DNA of 64,000 nt, from assembly GCF_001194135.2 (NCBI RefSeq), contig NC_068989.1, positions 8,810,474-8,874,473 on the forward strand. Reading direction: 5' to 3'. A model generated the notes under the pieces. It saw only the letters and a list, made by a program, of their open reading frames with translations. It did no database searches and was not told the origin of the DNA. The stretch is from Octopus bimaculoides (taxonomy: Eukaryota). Shown piece by piece: positions 1-10,061 of the stretch (positions are counted from its first letter, which is position 1; every line of letters starts with the position of its first letter). Position numbers and translations under genes: made by a program.

Positions 1-462
1 GGGCTTCTTATAATTCCTGTCCACGAAATACACTCACAAGGATTTGGTCGGCCTGTGGCTATAGTAGAAGACACTTTCCCAACGCGCCACACAGTGGGAC
101 TGAACGCGGAACCATGTTGTTGGGAAGTAAGCTTTTTACCACACAGCCACTCATACGCTATATGTCCATATTTAGAGAATATAACCAAAAGATAAATGGA
201 AGCATGGAACATAAGATGAAATATAATAAACGTTATAGAATGTCACGTTGAAACAAAAACAAATAACGTTTCGAACGTAAGTCCTTCATCTGAAATATGG
301 TAGGGAAGCAGTAGGGAGGAAAATAACATGGTTTATATTCAACATTTACTTTACGCCTTTAATGATCAATAGAGAACCTTCCAAGTACTTGGGGATATTC
401 TTCTCTTTCCCTCTCCTTCTCCTTCTCACTCTCCTTCTATCTCTTTCTCTCTAGTTAGTAAC

Positions 463-529
463 GGAATAGTTATTATAATGGAATAGTTAGTATAATGGAA
501 TAGTTAGTATAATGGAATAGTTAGTATAA
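463..529. repeat. 17-bp minisatellite, about 4 copies (ggaatagttagtataat)
   Basis: Read directly. Confidence 0.9.
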
Positions 530-542
530 AGCATTGTGTGGA

Positions 543-727
543 ATATATTATATGAAATTCGTGGGTAAGGCCGGAACAATGCGAAATAAACCCCCTTCCT
601 GAAAAGGGGGGAGGGGGCATAACCCTGAAATACTGAATGCAGGGTAAGTCACCATTAATTCATATGCATGTTTTCTTGCGATTTGTTAGAATTTATTTTG
701 CATTGTTCCGGCCTTACCCATGAATTT

Positions 728-739
<12 letters not shown>
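543..739. mobile_element. MITE-like fold-back element with 48-bp terminal inverted repeats
   Basis: 543-590 vs reverse complement of 692-739: 3 mismatches. Right end abuts (TA)n. Confidence 0.7.
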
Positions 740-760
<21 letters not shown>

Positions 761-2073
761 ATGTTAAAACAACTGAATGCCTTCCTTTCAATAACAAAAA
801 GAAACAAGGTCATGTGATGGTTGTGTGCAAGTATTTTACCCGCCAATAGACGCATCATTATATGTGTTATGCGGATGACTAATGGCGCAGCCATGTATAC
901 GTGAGCGGGTGTATGCTTGTATTTATGTATGTGTAGATGTATGTATACATAGATATAGATATATATGTGTGTGTGAGTGAGCAGATATATATATATATAA
1001 ATATATATACATGAACATTTATAAATGAATATACGTTTAGTTGTCTCAGTGTGTCTATGTATGTATGCATGTTTATGCGTATATATATGAATGCATATGC
1101 GTATATTTAGATATGCATATATTGATCTGTATTTGTCTATTTTCCAGTTTGTAACTCTATATGCTCATATTTCCATATGTCTTTTATTAATATTCGTATT
1201 ACCTATCCCTGCCCCTATCTATTTGTCTGTAATCTCTTAATCTATATGTATTCATACTCACCTATCTGTCAATCTACCTATTTCTCTCTCTCTATATATA
1301 TATATATATACGCTTGCCTACTTGTCCTTTTGTTTATTCATATCAAAATGGTTTCTGAATATAATTCTGTCGTAAACAAATCGATCAATGAAGATCTATC
1401 ACAAAATAATTTCGTCAAAGTAAAATGAAATTTTGCCAAATAAGATTTTCAGAAAACGTACCACGAGAAAAAAGAAATAACGCAAAAGACAAAAGTGTAC
1501 AAAAATCGAAAATGGGAAGATTTTTTAAAGAACACGTTCAACTTGTATATGAATATAGTTAGCTTTTGCAATGGAAGCCTGATACACATTGGTTATAGCT
1601 CATAGCCATTTTTTTTTTTTTAGCTTCTTTACTTTTTTCAATCATTGGACGGCGGCCATGCTAGGATATCCCCTTGAAGGGTTTAGTCGAAGAAATTGAT
1701 CCCAATATTGTTAAATCAGATATTTATTTTGTCGGGCTCTTTTGCTGAACTTCTAAGTTACGGGCCTTACACAAATCAACACCAGCTGTCAAGACTCACA
1801 CACAAACACATAAATAAATATATATGTATTCATGTGTGTGTGTGTGTGTGTGTGTGTGTATACGACGGGCTTCCACATAGTTTCCGTCTACTAAGTTCAC
1901 TAACGAGGCATTGGTTGACCGGAGGCTAGAGTATAAAAAAACTTGCCCAAGGGGCGGCCCAGTCGGACTGAACATGAAACTATATCGTTGTAAAATGAGT
2001 TTCTTCATTACACATTCATGAATCGTTGATAAAAATTTTAACGTTTTTGTTTTTATTTCTTCTTAAACAATTA

Positions 2074-2323
2074 TTGGGTTGGTGCATAATTATTGCTGCT
2101 TTTTTTCAACAAATTTTATTCAACAAAAACAATAACAACATGCGACAAAAACATCTTTAAATGATTATTCCGGAGCATATTCACCATCCATTTCAATTAC
2201 TGCTTCCCATTTGCTTGGCAGACGGTCTGACCGTCATTTAAAGAGGTTTTTGTTAAATATTGTTATTGTTTTTGTTGAAAAAATTTGTTGAAAAAAAGCC
2301 GCAATAATTATGCCCCAACCCAA
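2074..2323 (-). mobile_element. Mariner deletion derivative (MITE) with TA target duplications
   Basis: TIR ttgggttggtgcataattattgc, similar to Hsmar1/MADE1-type ends, flanked by TA. Minus strand 2227-2165 encodes DRLPSKWEAVIEMDGEYAPE*, a mariner transposase C-terminus. Confidence 0.85.
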
Positions 2324-2392
2324 TAACTCTTAGTATCGTTTCATGAGGTTATCACCATATCATATTATTATTATTATTATTAATCTAATTAA

Positions 2393-3351
2393 GGCGGCGA
2401 CCTGGCAGAATCGTTAGCACGCCGGGCGAAATGCTTCGCGATATTTCGTCTTTCGCTACGTTCTGAGTTTAAATTCTGCCGAGGTTGATTTTTGCCTTTC
2501 ATCCTTTCGAGGTCGATAAATTAAGTATCAGATCGATGTAATCGACGCATACCGTCCTCAAAAATTACTGCCTTTCTGGCAAAATTTGGAACCATTATTA
2601 TTTTTCTAATTTGAAACTCTGTGTGTGTGTACGTGTGTATTTTTTGTGTGCGTCTATAAATTTTGTGTGCATGTGTGTGTATTGAAAAATCTTTGCTATT
2701 ATTTTCATATCCTAGCTTCAGTGACTCAGAAAAAGTAGATCTAAAGCTATCAGTGCTTCATGAAATTAGAGGGAGTAAACTTAAACTATTTCCCCTTCTT
2801 GTCTGCAGACAAATGTATTTTATTAAAAGGAATGATTAGTGGTAGCTGTGACTGTTGTAATAGCGATGGTAATCAAACTGTCGTTTCCGGTGTATAAATA
2901 TTGATTTCAAATTTTGGCACAATGGCAGTAGAATCGGGGGAGGAGGAAAGTCGATTACATCGACCTCCGTACTCAACTGGTATTTATTTTATCGATTCCG
3001 AAAGGATGAAAGGCAAAGTAGAGGTCGACGGAATTTGATCTCAGAACGTAAAGACGGACGTAAAGGCGGACGAAATGCCGTAAGCAATTTGCCCGACGTC
3101 CTACCGATTCAGCCAGCACGCCGCCTTATTTCCGTTGTATAGATATCCCTTTCTACTCCAGGCACGAGGCACGAAATTTTGGGGGAAGGAGCCAGTCGAT
3201 TAGATCAACCCCAGTACGCAATTTATCGGCCTTCGAAAGGATGAAAGGCAAAGTCGACCTCGACGGAATTTGAACTCAGAACATAAAGACAGACGAAATA
3301 CCGCTAAACATTTCGCCCGGCGTGCTAACGTTTCTGCCAACTCGCCGCCTT
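2393..3351. mobile_element. Cluster of three SINE family A copies (+,-,-)
   Basis: Each aligns by eye to 16054-16290. Confidence 0.8.
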
Positions 3352-3649
3352 TTCGTTGTATAAATATTGCAACTACTTTCACTGTCAACGGCTTTATACT
3401 TCACGCATCCAGTCATGCAACTACTACTACTACAACTACTACCATCACCACCACCACTACTACTGCTACTACTACGACTAATTCCACCACCGCTATTACG
3501 AACTCCGTTGAAATGCAAAGTGAGCCTTTTGTATTTCTTTGTAGCAACAAGGTTGAATAAATGATTATTATCAGCCATAATAACAACCCCGAAAGCAACG
3601 AATAAATCATGTTGGACTTCAATTTGGACCTGACAACTATCTCCTCATA

Positions 3650-4330
3650 CATAAAATACCTAAGATTTGAAGGAAAGCTAGAGTAATCGCTCTTCTCAAA
3701 CCCGGGAAAGATCAATCACACATAAAGAGGTTCCGACCGATTTCTTTCCTTTATCACACAAACTTTCTCAGTGATTAATTCTGAACAGAACTTCATCCAT
3801 TATTGAATATCACCTTATTAAAGAACAAACCACATTCTCTCTTGGAAAATCAACAACAATCCAACTGCTTAATCTCACTGAATATATACAAGATGGGTTT
3901 GAACAAATGAAAATCACAAGAACAGTTTTTGTTCATCTCACTGCGACTTAGATAAGGTTAATCACTGCTTATTGTGGAAAACAAAATAAAAGATATACGA
4001 TTAAAACAAACCACGTGACTCATCGGTGTTAGGATAGGAATTAGATATTTCTTTGTAATCCTGAATAACGAGTCGCATTCGAAAATTAACAAACGGTGTA
4101 CTTTGGGATAGTTTATTGACTCCATTCTTGTTTAACGTCTGTAGAAATTATCAAATTAACTATTACAATATAAATGTTTTATCGCAACCGATGATTTATC
4201 TATGTATATCACGCCAAAGGGAAAAGCTTAGCAACATCAGAACTAAGTGCTGCTTTAATCAGTCTACATTATTATTATAAGCTAGAAACACTTAATTACG
4301 AATTCTTTGAAAACAAAACACAAGCTACTG
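3650..4330 (+). pseudogene. Decayed non-LTR retrotransposon reverse transcriptase (Ingi/Vingi or I-group-like)
   Basis: Broken frames read KIPKI*RKARVIALLKPGKD...FRPIS, EQTTFSLGKSTTIQLLNLTEYIQDGFE...VFVHL, DKVNH, NGVLWDSLLTPFLFNV and FIATDDL. These follow the order of RT domains 1-5. Confidence 0.75.
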
Positions 4331-4535
4331 TATTTCAAATGTACAAAGGGACGAATAGAACGTTAAATCTCTTGAATGCTAAATACCTTATGAACTGAAC
4401 TAGGATAAAACATTGCCAGGAACTAAGCATTTCAGTATGTTACCAAAGCATGGACTAACATTTAGAAAATAATATGAATCGAAGTGAGTACACAGAATGA
4501 TATTCTGCAAAAGTTAACATCTTTCTTGTATAGTA

Positions 4536-4662
4536 CAGGGTGTCCACAAAGTCTGGGTACCTGGAGTCAATAAAATCATAACATAAACAATTAAATATAA
4601 GAAATAATAATTTCTTAAAGCATGTGTTAATCCCCATGTACCCAGACTTTGTGGACACCCTG
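4536..4662. mobile_element. Tc1/mariner-superfamily MITE, 127 bp
   Basis: Perfect 25-bp TIRs cagggtgtccacaaagtctgggtac with TA on both sides. Confidence 0.9.
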
Positions 4663-5814
4663 TATAAGTCCTAAACCACTCAGAACAGTAGCATTCGGGC
4701 AATGCTTGACAACTGCAGAATATATATGCCCAGTGTGGACTAGAACTGCAAATTCTGAAATAGGTGGAATCTATGCTCAATATGACACGCCGCTATATGG
4801 CTGATTGCCTCAGACTTTCAAAAGCAAATTCTCTCTACTGAAGGTACACGGCCTGAAATTTTGGAAGGAAGAAGCTAGTTGACTACATCGATGTCAGTGC
4901 TCAATTGGTAGTTATTTTATCGACTCCGAAAGGATGAAAGGCAAAGTCAACCTCGTCGAAATTTAAACTCAGAAAGTAAAGCCGAAAAAAAAATAGGCAC
5001 TAAGCATTTTTTTTCCTCGGGCGCGGTAACGATTTTACCAGCTTCCCTACTTTATCTCACATATCAATAATAATTACCACTTAGATGGAAGTGTTCCCTC
5101 TCTTATTTGGAGGATCGTTTCCAGAAAAAATTCGAAATTAATGTTTCATGAAACACATTCATTATAGCTTTCTCAGCAAATAAATTCTTTTTTTTTTGTA
5201 GAATGAAGAAAGAGTTTTATAACATCCAACGTTCCACTGGATATTCCCACACAAAAAAAAAGTTATTTGCATTCTACTATTATTCTATTGCTATTTGTTC
5301 CGGCTCTTTACGTTCTGAGTTCAAATCTCGCCGAGATCAGCTTTGGTTTTTCATGTTTTGTATGTCGATACAATATAATACCAGTAATGTAGTAGGGTAG
5401 ACAGTATCATCTTAACTGCAGATTACGTATCTAAAACGGATTGGTAAAATCGTTAGCGCGTCGAAAATTTGCTTCCATCATTTTGGAGTCGATAAAATAC
5501 AGTAACAGTCAAGTACTGGCTTCATCGACTAACAACCTCCACCAAGTTTCAGTCTTTGAGTTTATATTAGAAAGAATTAATGTTGTTGTTGTTGTTGTCA
5601 AGACAGTAAGCTGGTAGAACTGTCAGAAGACCGGACACAATGCTTAGCGGCATTTCGTTCGTCTGAGTTCAAATTCCGCTGAGGTTGAGACTTTGCCTTT
5701 CATACTTTCGGGGGTGATAAATTAAATACCAGTTGAGTACTGGAGTCGATGCAATCGACTTATGCCCGCCCCCAAAATTTCAGGCCTTGTGCCTATAGTA
5801 CAAAGGATTGTTAT

Positions 5815-5865
<51 letters not shown>

Positions 5866-7326
5866 GGCGGTGAGCTGGTGGAATCGTTATCACGCCGGGC
5901 AAAATGCTTAACAGTATTTCGTCTGCCGCTACGTTCTGAGTTCAAATTCCGCCGAGGTTCAACATGAGTACTGAGGTCGCTGTAACCGATTAACCCCTCA
6001 TCCGAAATTGTTGGGCTTTGAGACTATTATTATCGTCTTAATAAAAATGGCAGACGAGAGAGTTGGTGGAGCCCTTGACAAAATGTACTCGAAGTATTTA
6101 GCTACATCATATTTAGTAACGTCCCTTGAATTTCTAAGTTTAAATCTTGTTGCCGTGGCCAACATTCCCGTTGATCGTCTGAGATTTAGAAATAAGTATC
6201 TGCCAGGTATAGAAGTCGTTTATAACGATTATACAAAATTTGTATTTGTCGTTTTGTGCAATTGAAAGAAATCAATTACTATTGTCATCATCAGCGTCAT
6301 CATTGTCATTGTTGTCGTTGTATCACTGGGGTCATCATCACTATTATCATTATCACCAGTGCTCTCATTAACCTCGTGTTTCTAATCAACCAAACAAAGA
6401 ACACCAAATCATACTCATTAATTACTCTAATATACTGAGTCATTAAATTTTAATTATTTTTATGCAAAATGTAATAAAAAAAAAACTTGATTGGCCATTT
6501 TATGTCATTGGTACAGCTATATTTTGTGACACGAGAAGAGAGAGAAAATGAAAATAAACACACACACACACACAGTCATGCAAATTATGTAGTAGAAAGA
6601 GAAAGATACTCGGGGAGTCGGAGATTGAGTAAGAGCATAACGGGTGGTAGTGACCAATTTAAGGAAAGGGGGGGGAAATACGAAATAAATCATAACCAAG
6701 AGGCACTTTAACAATTTTATTTTCCTGTTGTTTTTATATCTAATTTGTTAATTAACCTTGAGACTCATTATTCAATATTTGAAACACGCAGAAACTACAA
6801 AATAAAATAAAAAATCAATAACAACATAAATATTGAAATATAGTAAAAATTTATAATAAAAAGAAGCGAAAATTATAATTAAAGATAACGATAGTAAAAG
6901 CTACGATGTATCGATGAAGGAAACATCTTTTAATATCGTTCATTGATAAATTTGTTAGTATTGATGATGAATATGTACGGTTATCTCACAGCATCCAGTA
7001 AACCTAGGTCTTTAGGAAAGACCTTGTTCTATGCTCCCTTGAACGTGGTGGGGAAATACTGTTATCGTAACAGATAATATGTTAATGCTGATGCGTTGGC
7101 AGCCATGTTGTATTTCTTGTTTTGCTTTGTTTCATTGTGATAACCACTAACCTACCTTTCAGATAAGTGGTTTCATTCATGTCGTTATTCTTAGAGGTGG
7201 TGGTGGTGGTCATGGACCTGGTGATGTAGGTGGGGGGATATTGATACTGTTGTTGATATTCTTTTCTCCTCCTGGGTGATGATCTCAGTAATATTGGTGT
7301 TATAGTTATCGCTGATAGTAGTAGTG

Positions 7327-7363
<37 letters not shown>

Positions 7364-8028
7364 CGATGGGGTGATACCGTGATTGGCAGTAGTAATTATG
7401 TTAGTGATGTTAGCGAGTGTTGGCGGTTTTGGGTTTGTTTGGTGGGGTCGGGGTTTGTGATGTTGTTGCTGGTATTTTATAGTGTTCGGATTTAAATGAG
7501 ATAAAGCTGATAGTTTAAAAATGAAAAAAAAAAAAAGGATTTCTTTATTTGATGTCAGATGTTAAAATGTAATGGGCGTTCGAAAAATATTGTAGAGAGG
7601 ATGAATGGATGGTTGAATGGATGGATTAAATGGTTTAGTGAGTTTAAATCCAGACGAGGGCAACATCAAACTAAATAGAACGTTCGTTTTAACATTGAGA
7701 ATCATTGATATAAATCTGTTCATATTGATAGTGCTGTGTTGAAATCATATTGCTGCAACAGTTATTGTTTTTGCTGCTGTTTAACCGCAGGTCATTTCCA
7801 AGTAAACAGGCTTATGATCAAAAGTACTTCATTCGTGAGCATACCGTCTTTTTTTAAATGGGGGGAGGGCTCTTTAAAACTATATTATATTATGCGTCGT
7901 TTTTAAGACAGTGTGGTGTGCTTTTGAAGGGCATTTGGTTGCTATGTCTAGCAAAAAGGACCACTCACTACAGGCGCGTGAACAGAGTTGCTAGCCCTAC
8001 TGCAAACGTATAAAGGGTGCATTGGGCA

Positions 8029-8097
8029 CCATGCGCCATGTGCCATGCGCCATGTGCCATGCGCCATGTGCCATGCGCCATGTGCCATGCGCCATGT
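8029..8097. repeat. GC-rich 14-bp tandem repeat (ccatgcgccatgtg), about 5 copies
   Basis: Read directly; built from two 7-bp subunits that differ at one base. Confidence 0.95.
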
Positions 8098-8984
8098 CGA
8101 AAACGGGAAGGAATATGGGACGGTGTTATTGCCATGGTGTTCTCTTTGTGTTCTTATATTGTTGCGATGACTATTTATCACTGGCGTCACCAAGATTACA
8201 CACAACGCCTTCTAATTGATGATTTTGAAAGAAAATGAGATATATGCAATTTTGGGACCAGTCTACTAGTAAAACCAGTCTACTACAAGAAATGGGGATT
8301 CAAATTGGTGGGGACAGATGCTTTTCAAACTTGATAAATCTGCAGATCTTCATCCTATTTTATTTGAGAGATTAGGCTACTATAAGAATTGTGGTGAACG
8401 GTAGGGGCCCAAATGCTACATATGCAGTAACATCAAACACCAAAGCTTTATTCTCTCAAGAGAATGAAAACGTTTGATTGCTAACACCCCAATCACAATA
8501 ACAGCAATGGTATCGACATCGTTATCAACACCTAGAGTGTCGTCAGAAAGTGACGGCCCTGCGTCTGCTAGCAATGCAGTCATTGGCCGTTTGTCAGATG
8601 GATATTTTCACAGCTCGTCTCTGTGACGGAGCTACAATCCTGGATCAAGCAAAGACTACAACACGATACTCTGCCTCTGGGATGACGTCAAGCGTTCAGA
8701 GCCCTCTGACAGTTGCCCAATGCGTTCGATGGAAGTAATCCATTGGTATTCTATATACGGCTAGCGGGTGGGCAAAAGCGACGACGTTGTCGGAGAGATT
8801 CGAGGTGTCGATTGACTGCCTGGTCTGTTCCGGAATATTGATTTGAAATTTTTGAACAAGATTAGTAATTTCGGAGGAGTGAGTAATTTGATTACATCGA
8901 CCCCAGTGATCAACTGGTACTTATTTCATTGTAGGATAAAGGAGGAAGATAGGGAGAGGCCACGTGCCCTAGTGGTCAGGATAT

Positions 8985-9830
8985 AAGGCTTAGCGCAATT
9001 TCGTCCGTCTTTACGTTCTGAGTTCAAATTCTGCCGAGGTCAACTTTACCTTTCAGCCTTTCGGGGTCGATAAAATAAATACCAGTTGATCACTCACTCC
9101 TCCGAAATTACTAATCTTGTGCAAAAATTTCAAATCAGTATTACTTCGTTGTACTCTATCTTAATACTGGTTTCAAGTTTTGGCAACAAGGCCAGCCACT
9201 TCGTGGTGGGGAGGGGGTCGATGTAGNNNNNNNNNNGCGACGACGTTGTCGGAGAGATTCGAGGTGTCGATTGACTGCCTGGTCTGTTCCGGAATATTGA
9301 TTTGAAATTTTTGAACAAGATTAGTAATTTCGGAGGAGTGAGTAATTTGATTACATCGACCCCAGTGATCAACTGGTACTTATTTTATCGACCCCGAAAG
9401 GATGAAAGGTAAAGTTGACCTCGGCAGAATTTGAACGCCGAATTTAAAGACGGACGAAATGCCGTTAAGCATTTCACCCAGCATGCTAACGATTCTGCCG
9501 GCTCGCCGCCATGTACTTTAACATGAATCTGTATTATTCCCACTTCAGTCGTGTCAATCAGAGGGAGATAAACCTGACGCAAAGACCCTACCCTTTCAAA
9601 ATATATTCCGGATTTCAATGCGGTGTGCTGGTAGAAACGTTTGCACGCCGGGCGAAATGCTTAGCAGTATTTCGTCTGTTTTTACGTTCTGAGTTCAAAT
9701 TCCGTCGAGGTCAACTTTGCCTTTCATCATTTCGGAGTCGATAAATTAAGTACTAGTTGCGTACTGGGGTCGATCTAATTGACTGGCCCCACTCCCCAAA
9801 AATTTCGGGCCTTGTGCCTAGAGTAGAAAA
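8985..9830. mobile_element. Cluster of SINE family A copies in both orientations just upstream of the 110-bp exon
   Basis: Copies at approximately 8985-9135(+), 9150-9226(-), 9310-9510(-), 9618-9830(+). Confidence 0.8.
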
Positions 9831-9951
9831 TAATAAATTCCAGATTATTTTTTTTCGTCTATATTAAAAAAAAAAAATCTTTTTTCTTATTGTTGCTATT
9901 TTATTTCACTTGTTTCTTTTTTTTCTTTTTCTTTTTTGCTTTTCACCATAG

Positions 9952-10061
9952 AAATGGAACGATACAAATTTGGTTTGGAACCCCGAAGACTTTGGAAATA
10001 TCACGCTTATTCGATTGCCGCCGAAAAAATTATGGAAACCTGATATATTAATGTACAACAG
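9952..10061 (+). CDS. CHRNA7-like: nAChR exon, 110 bp (equivalent to vertebrate CHRNA7 exon 4; loop [10 protein letters not shown])
   Basis: Long polypyrimidine tract and ...caccatag acceptor; donor AG|gtaaat. Missed by the ORF track because it is short. Confidence 0.95.

Noticed and set aside
5202-5245. Possible degenerate 45-bp nAChR exon 3 (N-E-E-R-V-L/I-T-S-N-V-P-L-D-I after a strong polypyrimidine-AG), recalling the duplicated exon 3 of insect alpha6
   Set aside because: Needs a frameshift, has Pro in place of the invariant Trp, and has no GT donor; the similarity is within chance.
8520-8850. CpG-richer segment with a 62-aa ORF
   Set aside because: No recognisable domain on either strand and no splice signals; probably an unidentified TE fragment.
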